Positions 51,688 through 64,000 of a DNA stretch of 64,000 nucleotides are shown here, piece after piece. The notes beneath the pieces are model-generated. The model did no database searches. It was not told the origin of the DNA and worked only from the letters and a program-made list of their open reading frames with translations. How positions within the stretch are numbered: the first letter of the stretch is position 1; each line of letters starts with the position of its first letter. Both the position numbers and the translations under genes were made by a program. Source of the stretch: Tubiluchus corallicola (lineage: Eukaryota; Animalia; Priapulida); the NCBI GenBank assembly GCA_030141605.1, contig JAQGDQ010002371.1, positions 558,001-622,000 of the forward strand. Reading direction: 5' to 3'.

Positions 51688-52080
51688 ATGAAGATCGGCA
51701 TAGTAAGTTGACACAAAAAAGGCGCTTCATGCCGTAAATCCTGTATACTTCGTTGGGATAAATCTTTAGACACAATGGATTACCTACAGTCAATAGATCC
51801 GTATGATTAAATTAATAATATAGCTAAGACTGACTATAGTTTCGTTCTGTATCAGCATTTTGTCATTCAGTCTTCTTGAATATTATTTTTACAGGTGAGC
51901 GTGATAATTTGCTGCTGTGAAATCATTCACTTTGTCAAAGGTAAGCCTCATTCATTTTTACAGACACATATATTGCAATCCCCTTTGTTTTACGTATATA
52001 TATTTGCTTCGGATTGCATATATGTATATATATATATACATATAGATAGATGGATGGATGGATGGATGGATGGATGGATG

Positions 52081-52150
<70 letters not shown>

Positions 52151-54456
52151 GTAGATAGATAGATAGATAGATAGATATAGATATAGATATAGATATAGAT
52201 ATAGATATAGATATAGATATAGATATAGATATAGATATAGATATAGACATAGATATAGATATAGAGAGATAGGTAGATGGATGGATTATTTTGTTCCCAT
52301 ATCTTATAATGTGTAATTAAAGTTAGTAACAATAATAGGAAATAACAACACACAAGTATTTACAAACACACACGTTGTCCAAGAATTGTTTTACGATTTT
52401 TTCGTCAGGTATATTTCGATAATTTCATCAGGGCTTATCAAAAGAGTGTTCAACAGAAACACGGTCAGGAACCGCATATGAATTTACACACTCTTTTTGT
52501 CTTTGTGTTGTGTTCAGTTGTGCATTCAATCACACGCCAAAAATCTATGTGGATATTTCATCATAACCATGTTTTTTACAAAGAAGCAAAAATTTTGTGT
52601 TGTGCGATAAACGTTTTTAACTTATACAGGACAAGAAAAGAAGTAGGTTTCAGAAAAATTGCCTTAAAAAATTATATTACTTTACAGCATTTTCATGCAT
52701 ATATCGTACTCGCGTTAAAGGGAATTTTTGTTTGTTTTCATTTTGAATCTCCCGCAATACTGTTCTGAAGTCACCGTTACACGACGTCGCTTATGCAAAT
52801 GTAAATCAGGGGAAGAAAAGGCAATGTTAAATTATGTCCCAAAAAACTTTCAATGCAAATCTATATTACTTGGCATTTCGCTTACCTGCTGGAAAGCCTT
52901 ATGTAAGTATAAATAATAACTTAAATTTTCGTGCCAATTGGAAAAATATCGCTGGCTCACCCTAAAACGTTTTTTAATCTTATTGAGAAGATACAGTAAT
53001 TTAAAATTTTACTTTGTTAGTAACATGTGTGCTACGATTGCTCTGATTATTTTTTCAAATTGCACGCAATGTTATCTAAACTTGTTTCAAACGACCTACC
53101 ATTAAAAACTGGCTGCGTCTAACGGTCATCGCGGGTGTTTGAATTTACAAGTTTTATACAGCGTTACTGCCGATGCAAGCCATGCATATGAAAAGACAGT
53201 ATGTAAGTGGTATAAAATTTCAAGACGAATTTTTAAGCTTTATGTAAGTGGAGGGCTTTCTTGCACTTTAATTGGGAGTTTAGATAAAATAAATAGACCA
53301 CGAATATTCAATGTTGCAGAATCGACAGGGGCCGAAAGCATTTTTTGTTCTGCAAAGTTGTTTTTGGAGTCTTGGAGGCCATGATTTCTATCATTGTTTT
53401 TATGCTAACTGACTTTTTTGAGCTGTACATAAACGTGCTTAATTATTTTGACACAGGACAAGTAATTAACGAGGGAAAACATGAATGGACGAGAGGCAAT
53501 GCCGCAGATACGAATGGAAAAACTGTAGACATTATAGCCACGAAGTAAGCACAATCGTCTATTAAACCTGATTTGTCTGAGCAAAATCCTGATTACTCTC
53601 CAGAAAACGCAAACCTAGGTTTTACCGTTTTGCTACTATGGTTTTCTAAGCAAGATTTCTGGGCAAAACTAAGGTAATTTTGCCGAAAAAACTCCACTGG
53701 GTTAATTGTGGACATTGGTTTTGCTACATTAATCGTCGTGCATTAAAAAAGAAAATGACTTTTTAGAATAAACGGTTAATAAAATCGGTATACATGTACC
53801 TAGGCATCCTTTTAAATGTCGTTTAACACACAAATAGTTAAAACCGCAACAACTTTAAAGGAAATGGAAGTGGTGCTGACAAGCCACTGGCGTAGCAGTG
53901 TGTAGTTTTTTTGTTGGATTACTGCTGCGTTTACCTGTCTGAAGGCAGATTTCTTTTATTTTATAATTGTGCCTGCCCAATGTCTACAATAGATGTGACG
54001 GGCGTATGATGATGATGAACTTTAAAACAGAATCCAGATAGGGAAAAGTAATGTTAGTCGCACATAAATATTCAAAAAAAGAAAAACTTGAATCATCTTG
54101 ACTTGTATACTCTTGCACTTGTTGTGTCTTATGACTCCGACCTTTGTACGAAAGATTTTCGCATACTCATTCTTATTACATGTGTAAATTTTGCATGCGG
54201 GTAATTACAGTATTGAACGAAATTTAACCGTAGGAAACCTAGAATACTTCTTCTTTTTTCTAGAACTGAATCAACATATTTAGAAGTGAGATGTATGTAT
54301 CATTGTATGAGGGATGACCGATGTACGCTGATAGGACTAGATTCAACAAGTGAGGAATGTACACTCTACGGTGATGCAACACTATTGTCTATGCCAGGTG
54401 TTGTACCACCAGCCTCAAATCAATACTTACTCCTCAAATCCTACTTTAACTTGTAG
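51688..54456 (+). CDS. Small predicted secreted PAN/Apple-domain protein (113 aa, 4 exons)
   Basis: Exons 51688-51702 (AAAAATG..ATA|GTAAGT), 51895-51940 (ttacag|..G|GTAAGC), 53457-53544 (acacag|..AA|GTAAGC) and 54264-54456 (ttttctag|..TAG) are phase-compatible and total 342 nt. Protein: [113 protein letters not shown]. It has a hydrophobic N-terminus and the C-x3-C-x5-C-x11-C-x-L PAN core. Confidence 0.78.
52020..52285. repeat. Compound (TA)/(GATG)n/(GATA)n/(GATATA)n microsatellite
   Basis: Seen directly; it generates the spurious ORFs 51958-52353 and 51990-52250. Confidence 0.97.
52628..53267 (+). mobile_element. Same Kolobok-like family, copy in intron 2 of the PAN gene
   Basis: AGGACAAGAAAAG..GTAGGTTTCAGAAAAATTGCC ... 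CTTTCTTGCACT|TTAA, colinear with 59446-60117. Confidence 0.78.
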
Positions 54457-56809
54457 ATCAACATGTATGGCTTCAAAGAAACCACTGTCTAACGTTATGT
54501 TTTAATTTCTGTAACTAACGATCTAGTTTTCTGTCCTAAACATTTTAACAAATCACTTTAAAAATGAGCTATGCTGCAATTTTGCAAGCTTCTCCAATTA
54601 TGTCGCAATAACAGTTATTTTTTACAAACATTAACAGATTCCTGCTCACTAGAAATTAGCAAAGAATTCTATTTTGTTCAACCATCTATTTTTCTACGCT
54701 CTGTCTGTTTACATATTTAGTTAACAGCATTGTATTCATCTTTTAATTCTCTAACTCAATCCTCTTAACTGGCCAAGTGTAGCTTGTTATGACATGCTTT
54801 GCATAAAAATAACACTCGGTTGCCGTGACCTGCCTTGATAGTCTGTACAATGACTTTTAAAGTGACACATATAGATGCCTCTTTCGTTCTTACAGAAGTC
54901 TCTGAAGATTTGGTTCTCTACTGTCCTAAACTTATCTTTTCTTTGTAGTATGCACATTTTATTGGCAATTTACGTAACCTTGTAGTCTACTTATATTTGT
55001 GTTTACGATAATCCCCACTTTCCTGATAAACACAAAATTGAATGTATAATTAATTTGGCATGCTTCTGATAGTAACATGAAGCTTGGCAACATGCACTCA
55101 GTTGCATGGCTACATCACGTTGAATAATTACTATTACATTCATTATAATATTTACACGATATGCACACACAGCAAAAGAATAGAAATCGTTATATTTTTA
55201 ATATTAGATGATTACACAGGTAAAAGTATACCTTTATATAATGCATTGAATGGATATTGCAAAAACTATAATACATAGACTTGTAGACCTGTAACTGCAA
55301 GAGTGCAAGTTATGTTGTACGAACTACATGTGTTCATGCCTAATACTGTAATTTGTAAAGTGTATTAAACAGAAGCCCTAAATATGAGGAACAAAAGTTT
55401 TTGCCCGTTTACTTCCCTCTACAAAGGTTTTTGACTAAATGGCATTTGTACCTATTTATCAGATCACTCAGCCATTCACGCACTCACACAAATTACTTCT
55501 CTCCCCCCTTCTCTCTCTCTTTGACTCTGTCTTTTCCCTTCTTTGACAAATTTAATAACTACATAATGACTAAAGCTCTAAAGGGTAAATAACTAGTGTC
55601 GCACAAATTCTTACAGTAAACCAGTGCCAAAGCAATGCCAGCTGACTACTATTAAAATCTCAGAACATATATTTGAAAATTCAACAAATTAATAAAAATA
55701 AAGATCTCTATCTCCATCCCTATCATCATGGAACAGTGCAAGTCATTGATTCTGAACAGAGTGTAACTTACAGATTGAAGAGAATAGCTCAATGGTCATA
55801 GTGTGTCATGTGCTTAGTCATGTGGCATACTGCATATACTTATATTGGTAGGAAGTACCTACATAAACATACAGACCTGTACCTCTGCCAGTTCAGTGTC
55901 TCATTGATTATTGTCCTTAGTAATTAATCAGGTGTTAGGACTGTGTCTTTTCACAACCTTAAATTAAATAAGCCTTAAATTAAGTGCAGCATATCACTAA
56001 ATGCCAAAACTGTGTTGAGAACACTCTCAGCCAGTAGCGACTATTAGTATACCTTGTAACTACAGGCAAAATGTTTCATCCAATGGTTTTTCTCAAAACC
56101 TCTGCGAGAATTGCACATGTGCAAATACCTTAATCACTAGTTAAACAATTCAATTCTGCAAACACCAACCATTCTGTAAAACCTAGGAATTATACATTAA
56201 CGTTCGGTTTATTCAAAAACTGTTTTTCAATTGTGTTTGACAATTATTGTCACCTCATACACTCTTTCAAAATGGAATAACAACTAGATTAATGTTTTCT
56301 AAGTTTCAAAGTTACAAACAATTTTCAAGGTTTCAATCTCTTTTACCCAACTGTTTACATAATAACATCATTAAACATTATTTGGAAGTCACTGCGATTT
56401 TACAAAACCAGTAGGAAAAAACACAAGAAGCACTTTTTTCTGAATGCAAATAATTTACACATTGAAAGAAATTTAGTTACACCTATTTGACATCATACAA
56501 CATCCACTTTAAGATACACTTTCTTCTGAAATGAGTACAGATTTTTTTAAAAATACAATTAAACATTCGTCTACTCAATGGAAATACTCTTAATGAACAA
56601 TGCAGTAATAATGCTCATAAAAAAATAAAACAACAGTTGAATAGTTCTGCTTCATACCATAAAGAACAGTGTTCATTTATACCTACAAAAATTTTCAAAT
56701 TGCAACATCCAGAAACAAGAAAGTGTAAAATGTACCATCTTTTTTGCAAATATGACACAATGATAAATGATTATATGTACATATGTATCATACATTTTTA
56801 TAAAGAAAT

Positions 56810-59800
56810 TCAATCCATTCTAGTTTTTAAAGTCCGCACTGTCACTTTGTCTTTTTCACTGCAAAAAAACAATTACCTTTAATACAACATGATAAAAAAC
56901 GTAATGATAAAATAATGCTTTGTCAGTATCTAATTGACACTATTACAATCTAACTCTCGAGATAGAGTGCTGTGTCCCTTACACTTTCTCTTTTGCTTTG
57001 CGGCTCATACTACTGTCTACATTAAAATTTACTTATACTTATTTAAATTGTAATATCAACAACTTTACTGTATTGAAGAACTCTCATGATTTAATGAAAT
57101 ACAAATCTTATGAGCAGTGTACAACAATCTTCTGATTTTCTACAATTTAAGAGAAGCACGCAAAACCGTGCATAACTGAGCTTGGAAAACTCTCAATACA
57201 CATTAATAACACTAACAATCTTGTAAACTTGTACTGTTAGTGAAGACAATATAACTATATAACTATGTACATGTCAAAAATATGCAAACGCTTACAGTTT
57301 ACGTCCATTAAAATAAAAATCTAGTTTTAGGCTGCAGGGTTTGTTTATAATGAGCACTTTGGTTTATTATTAATGATCCTTCAGCAAAACTACAAGCATA
57401 CTTAAAAGCACAAAAGCAGAAAAGATTATTTAAAGCACTTACATGATCCATACTTTTGCACCCCAACCTGAAATGGCATCTCTATCAACAGCATTTAGCA
57501 AAGCTTGTGATATAGATTCAAATAATTCATCTGGACCCTATTAAAAAAACAAGCTTAAACAAAGGGACATATCCGTACTGAAAACTGTTCTCACCTAACT
57601 AGATAACGATGTGTTACTGCCAATAGATTCACAAGTCAAATCATTTGCAAGATATTAACAAAAGAAACATTTCAGATTTTCACAATAGTAAATAAGCCAT
57701 AATACTACAAGTCAAACCTGAGCCATGCATCTTAATAGTTGGGCTACGTTTTCTAAGAAAAAGTTGTGTCTTACCAAGTTAGGTTCCCATAAAGATTCGC
57801 ACATTCCATACATTTGCTCACTAGCCGTCCCACTCACGACAAAATCATCAGTGACCATAGGACAACCAATAAGATCCAATGAACATATAAATGGTTCATT
57901 AGTCTGTGGATCTAGTCCAGCAATAACTGGTTCAACAAAATACGGGCCAAACCTAAAGATAAAAAATACATGTATAATCCGGGCATTTCCAAGTCTTAAT
58001 TACTTAATGAAAGTTTCTCATATAGTCAACAGCAATAATACTTTTGAGTATTAATATCAAGCATGACATTTTGTACTTAACTGCAAATAAAGTCATAACG
58101 TTTTTGAGACTTACCATAATATAACAAAATAAAAATAAAACCAACTGTTCAAATTCAAACTCAGTATACCCGTATTCACTCTAGTTAAACTACAAAACTT
58201 TTAACAATTATGGTTAACTAAAAATAGTGGGAAACTTGGCAGACTAAATTATGCCATAATGGACTCAAAGGCACTTTGGGCATTATTTTATTAAATCCAT
58301 TGTATTTACGGATCACATGCCTTAATTTAATTTCAATGAAATTGAAAGTTCTAAATTTGCAGATGTGACTAATTTTGTAAAAATGTCAGCATTGAAAACA
58401 GAGCGATAGGTATTCCAAAAGCCAAATCAAGAATTAGTTATTACTGAACAACTGGGGAGGTGGTCACTAGGAATAGGCAAAGAAAGCACTGTTTTAATAA
58501 TGCAAAATACAATAGTAGTTGGCTATCTGTTAATATTAGTATGTATATGATTTATTTTCCAATATGTAAAGGTTTTACATGCGTGCATGTATTAACAACT
58601 ATGCAATGGACGTGAATAACATAAAAGATATAAACTCCTTACCTTCTTTCATACAGAAGATTTGAAACAATGCTCATAAAGGTTTTTGGCTTTAATGGCC
58701 TGTTCTCCCGCAGAGTATACAGATTAACTTTAAACTTTAATCTTAGAGCACTGAAAGTAAAAAGAACCTGAATAGGTACCAATTGTAACCTATCATAACA
58801 AAGCATTAAATGTACGAAACCAAGACTAAGACACTTTTTTATTTAATTATCAAACAATTTGCACAAAATAATGAGAAAATAAGCTTGTAACTTTCAGCTT
58901 ACAACAAACTATCTACACAATGTCTGGCAAAATAATGTCTTTTTTTACTGTTTAAGTTATTCGTAAAATCAAATCAGGACGGTACTAATTAACATCGGTT
59001 TTGAAGGTGAAGTTACACAGAGTACGCTAAGACAGCCGACTAGCTCTTAACATTACGATTAGGTCTAAGCACAAAGCTAAATGCTTATCATTACAATATA
59101 GTAAATCTGCACACATTTTATTTTATACTTGATGGTAGCACAACACTTACACTGTCTGTGTATCTGTTGCTAAACCTGGCAAACCAACATATAATTTTGG
59201 ACTCATCTCAAAAACTTTGTCAAAATCCATGGAAATTGTTTGCCCCTGAATACCAAATCTTCTATCACAGGCAATAGCCACACAATCCTTCCCCTTCATG
59301 GCCATTACCACACCGCCGTTGTACGCAAGTATACTCTGAAAAAGATCAAATATTTAAATGCAGCACCTACTTATACATCAAAATAAAACAATAAACCATT
59401 AAATATACAAGGTTAGTAGAAATTAAGATTAATAAAGGGGCTTAAAGGACAAGAAAAGGGGCACCTGAAGTAGGTTTCAGAAAAATCGCCTTGAAAAATG
59501 ATATTGCTTTACAACAATTTTATGCACATACAATCGTGTTCGCGTTGAAAGGAATTTTCGTTTGTTTGCATTTTAAATCTCCCGCAATACTGTTTCGACG
59601 GTGCCATTCCATGACGTCACTATGCCATGTAAATCAAGGGAAGAAAGGGCAATGTTAAATTGTGACCCAAAAAACTTTCCGTGCAAATCTATATTACTTA
59701 GCAGTTCACTTACCTGCTGGAAAGACTTATCTAACTAGACTAATAATTTAAAATGCTTGTGCCAGTCGGTAAAATGTCACTGACACACCCTCCAGGGTGC

Positions 59801-61364
59801 GACACTCACTAACCAAAAACGTATTTTTAATCTTATTGACAAGATACAGTAATTTAAAATTTTACTTAATTAGCAACATGTATGCTATTAATGCTCTGAT
59901 TATTTTTTCAAACTTTACTCAATGTTATCAAGACTTGTTTCAAACGACCTACCATTAAAATGGCTGTGCCTAACGGCCATCGCGGGAGTTTAAATTTACA
60001 TGTCTTATACAGCGTTACGGCCGATGCAAGCCATGCATATGAAAAGGTAGTACATAAGTGGCATAAAATTTGGAGACGAATTTTTAAGCTTTATGATGTG
60101 AAAGGTTTTCTTGTGCTTTAAAACTGGAGTGATAAACGACAAGGTCAAGGACACTGGAAACTAGTCAGGCATTTGATAACCTTTCAACACCTAGGACTTC
60201 GAGTTAAATTCACAATGTAGGGCAGGGGCATGGAAAGTTGTATGGTGAATAATAACCGCTCCTACGGTCAAGGACCCTAGGCATTATCCAAGGTTTCCTA
60301 AATATTTCTGCTTACTTCCTTGATAGTATCTTAAATGGTCATTCATACTTTAGAATACTGTCAAACATATGAAAGAATTATTCAAGTGCTTCGTTAATTG
60401 ACAGAACAGAGTCATCTACTGCATTAAAACTGTTGAAGGCATCAAACTCTGTGGAAGATTGTATATGTTGCAGAAAATTTTTTGCAGGAGCAGATATGGA
60501 TGGAAACTATGACGAAGAATACAATCAGTACAGTGTTTAGCCCTTGCAAACTTGTGGAGAGAGACACTAGTAATTACAGAAGCAAAATGCCACGAAGAAG
60601 CTCTGTTGGTCTTATTACGAAAACAAATAAAACAATATTAACAAGAACATTCTGCCGTGAAGCAGAATCTTAATAAAATACAATATGTCGTAATTTACAA
60701 TTACCACTGAATATTACACGCATATTATCATCATAATAGTCAGAGACTTGCATCCACACTAAGCTGATACATCTGTGAGGCGATTCACAGAGGCTATTCT
60801 GATATTTCTGTCAAGCTCTGTATATCCACATCATAAAGGAGCAAGCCAAAAAGAAAAGTGCATCCTGTCACGCTGTTGATCTTACACCTCTACACTGAGC
60901 CCCAAGATTTCTCTAAATTTTATCACTTGTCTGATCCAAGCATTGACTCTTACTACTAGCAGTACTAGTGTGCCCGTGTTTACTGAACATAGATCTGCTT
61001 CGTTCATTACGATTTCCAAACACTTTTTAGCTACTTCACATTTCAACAGATATTCATTCGTATCACACTCCTTCGCACACAGTGGACAGATTAAATCATC
61101 CTTACACTTATTTTTATAATTACACTTTAATTTGATCATCTTTAATTTCAATTCAGTAATTTCATACACAGTTTTTTCATCACACTCCATCACATAATTT
61201 ATTGCCTGTTCCCAAAATTTCCACACTATTTTCCATAAATCTCAGTTTTATCATATCATCACACTTTTTCACAGCTTCAACTTTTAGATACTGTTTAACT
61301 ATGCGAGGGAATTCAATTTATGAATTAATAAATATTGAGGGTAAATAAATATTAGACTTACCAT
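56810..61364 (-). CDS. PSMB3: Proteasome 20S subunit beta 3 (205 aa, 6 coding exons)
   Basis: Exons 61362-61364 (ATG|GTAAGT), 59151-59335, 58643-58750, 57775-57952, 57443-57537 and 56810-56858 total 618 nt. Protein: [31 protein letters not shown]...[20 protein letters not shown]...[13 protein letters not shown]...[11 protein letters not shown]...TLKTRMD*. Confidence 0.96.
59446..60117 (+). mobile_element. Kolobok-like non-autonomous DNA transposon, complete copy (PSMB3 intron 1)
   Basis: TTAA|AGGACAAGAAAA ... TTTTCTTGTGCT|TTAA: a TTAA target duplication with RR..YY termini, as in Kolobok. Two further copies are in the window. Confidence 0.8.
60340..60850 (-). mobile_element. Possible decayed LINE endonuclease/linker region
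   Basis: Broken-frame fragments ([45 protein letters not shown]) fall in the order expected for CR1/L2-type APE motifs. The match is weak and by eye only. Confidence 0.3.
60882..61300 (-). mobile_element. Non-LTR retrotransposon (LINE) ORF2 C-terminal relic in PSMB3 intron 1
   Basis: ORF segment [31 protein letters not shown] resembles the post-RT CxxC..DT.EH..C zinc knuckle of LINE ORF2 (His replaced by Tyr). Confidence 0.6.
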
Positions 61365-64000
61365 GGTAACTAAATGAAATGTAATGACAAACTAATAAAT
61401 AGCGATATTTCTCTTTTACAGATTATACACATAAAAAGTGTATTTAAAAATTTAATAATTAAGTTACACAAATTTATCATGCATGACAAGCAAAAGCCGT
61501 AACAGAGGCACGCAAAAGGCAAGAGCCTGAATGATGACAAGTTTACTCTGAGCTAACCTGTTCAGTTTATATTGTTTTATTGTAGAGAAGACTGTGAATT
61601 CGACTCAGCATTCCATAATAATAACGACTAGAGGGATTATTACATTTTCTGCTGGACTGCTACGAATAGCTTTACTTAAGTCCTGCCTTGAGTTGATTTT
61701 TTGTTGCTTTTGCTTGATATAATTTCTTGCTTTAAGCTGAATTCTGTTTTGCTTTGCTTGTGATAACTTCTTTTTACCTTGAGTTGAATTGAGTTTTGCT
61801 TGATATAATCATTTTATTCTTTGATAATTTTTGTTTGCTTTGCAGAATTTTGTTTGCTTTTTCTGTTTTCATTTGATATGAGATATATTTATTGATTTGT
61901 TTTTGTATTGCATTTTGACATTACTGTGTCTGTTTCATTTTTATCATAAATTTATGCATAATTATAGTATAACTATTATTATTATTTAAAATGTAACCTT
62001 GTATTCAGGTATCATGAAATTGTCTCTTACTATTTCTCCATTCTTTAAAAATTTGACTAGATTAAGTGATTAAGTATGCACAATCTATTTTTAATACTGT
62101 AATGTTTTTTTATAATAATCACCAAAAATGTCATGTGCCTGTAAGTAAACATGTATTACATGTAAAAATCAAGTGACCAATAGGCCTTTCTCAGTTGCAT
62201 TAAAATCTTAATAAATCATGTCGAATTTTTAACTGTTATTGAGAAAATCAACTTGAATTAAATTGAATTGAATTGAATAGTAATACAGGAATTACTGGAT
62301 GAATGAGCGTTACACATAACTTTTTGCTACAGGAGTGTAAAAAATGAGTAATAGTGCACAACAAAAAGTATCATGCCAATTTATTACATCAGGGTACTGC
62401 TGAAACAATAGAGAACCTGGCATGCCTTCAATACTAAAATGTGAAGCCTCTATGCCAACTGCCTATATAACTAGCACAGTCTGCAAACTTGGGGGATATA
62501 TATATATATATATATATATAATCGGAGCAGTAATTCAAGGAGAGACATGCCCAGCTCATTATATTGCAATACTTCTTGAAAACATACGGGTAACCTTCTA
62601 CAAGAAACAGTGGTTCAGTATTGTTGCATTAATCATAGTACTATTATTGTATCCAGTAGTAATTTACCACTGCTTGTGTTAAATTAGCACGTCCACACCG
62701 ACACGCACCCATTATCATTAATAACAACAAAAGAATGTACTGATGAGCATTTAACAGGTTGTATGGCTTCTTTCTTTTTCCAGCCAACAGGAAACCTCGG
62801 TGACTTATTATTGTTATTTAAGCTATAGCGAAGGTTTTGATTCCCTCGAAAGCATCGTTACTTACAACTAGGGTTTTAATTATTTTTCGGGGGAAACACC
62901 TGAAAAAAGTCTTACACGTATAAGTAGAGAATTTCACATACTTTGTAACTGCATAACAGAATAAATTGTATTGCCAAGGTTGCTTGCAATAGTGGGTAAA
63001 CTAGTGAACATTAGACAGACTGAACAGGCCTTTATTGTCAGTATTGTGGATCATAGATTAATTTTGCTGTTTATCTGCTATAATTGCATACTGCTAGTGG
63101 TTTATTCACGAAACTGGCAAGTCTGCCTTCAAAACAACAGTAAACTAAACGATATGCATCAATAAATGTTCTAAGAATGGTAATTTGACATCATGAAATG
63201 CTAGGTGCATTCAGGGAGCCATTAAAAAATAACCTGGCAAATAGCAGCAGCCCGCCTGCACAAGCAAATGGAACACTAAGATTTCATTCTTCTCCAGTAT
63301 CTATGTTGAATACTAACAAATGTGGATAAATGTCAAGATCTTCTTTGAAGTGGCTTTCGACAATTGAGATATTGGATGGTAAAATGTTAGATAGTGATTT
63401 ATTGGAAAAAATTGTGATGAAAAGGTTTTATTATTATTATTTATTATTACAGAGTTTCGGTTGAAATTACAAGAAGATGGCAGGCGTCTAGTAGAGCCAC
63501 ACCCAATATTGCGAAATCGGTTTTCTTAAGTAATTCGATGCTGATGCAAAGTAGGCAACAGTTCAGCCTTGGTGTTGATGAACAAATTTGGAGATTGTGA
63601 AGTCCGACTTGAGAGAGCGAAGCATACAGTTGTGTCACTGTGTGGGAGCCATATTTTTCGCATTGCTATACTAATCAATCAATTTTAGCCTATGACATTA
63701 GCCATTTGAGAAGGAAATGCAGTCAGTGTAGCAAAAAGAAAAAAGGATTTTATAGACGTTTCATTATACTTATATGCGAGAGCTGACTACTTTAAAGGGG
63801 GGTCTGAAATAAAATAAATACACTGGCAAGAAAATTAACTGAAACTAAGGTGACGATACGTGTATACTGAGGTTATTTACTTCAATGTGTGAGTGAATAC
63901 TGTGTTAACGTAAAATTTACGTACCGATCATGTGAGATGTTGTGATGTGCTGCTGGTGAACTTATGAATTGATTCCATGACATGTTATGTTAACTTTAAT

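Noticed and set aside
51958-52353. 131-aa and 86-aa IY/IS/LSIY repeat ORFs
   Set aside because: They are translations of the compound GATA-type microsatellite.
52478-52768. ORF with a signal-peptide-like start ([17 protein letters not shown])
   Set aside because: It lies in intron 2 of the PAN gene, has no suitable donor and runs into the Kolobok-like element.
60739-60835. Box C/D snoRNA candidate in PSMB3 intron 1 (minus strand ATGATGT...CTGA)
   Set aside because: Imperfect C box, no clear terminal stem and no recognisable rRNA guide; the region looks more like LINE debris.

Overview
AT-rich, intron-dense animal (probably invertebrate) genomic DNA. About 50 kb is a minus-strand tandem array of white-like ABCG half-transporter genes. 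Copy D (39244-50446, 19 coding exons, ~686 aa) is the most canonical. Copies C (23861-33534) and B (10879-21460, ~683 aa) come from a recent ~12-13 kb tandem duplication with its junction at ~22285. Copy A (ATG 4512) is more divergent and runs off the left edge. Two pseudogene relics flank B/C: exon 1 + exon 12 at ~35.0-37.2 kb and a terminal exon at ~5.5 kb. The most striking observation is in copy B: the second half of its TM1-TM2 exon, which carries the substrate-pocket helix, was replaced by an ~890-bp tract copied from the pseudogene lineage, and the displaced half-exon remains downstream with a dead splice donor. To the right lie a small 4-exon plus-strand gene for a predicted secreted PAN/Apple-domain protein (51688-54456, mostly invisible in the ORF track) and a complete PSMB3 (56810-61364, minus). 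The window also holds three Kolobok-like TTAA non-autonomous elements, a MITE, LINE relics and many microsatellites. All exon models, identities and family calls were made by eye, with no database searches.
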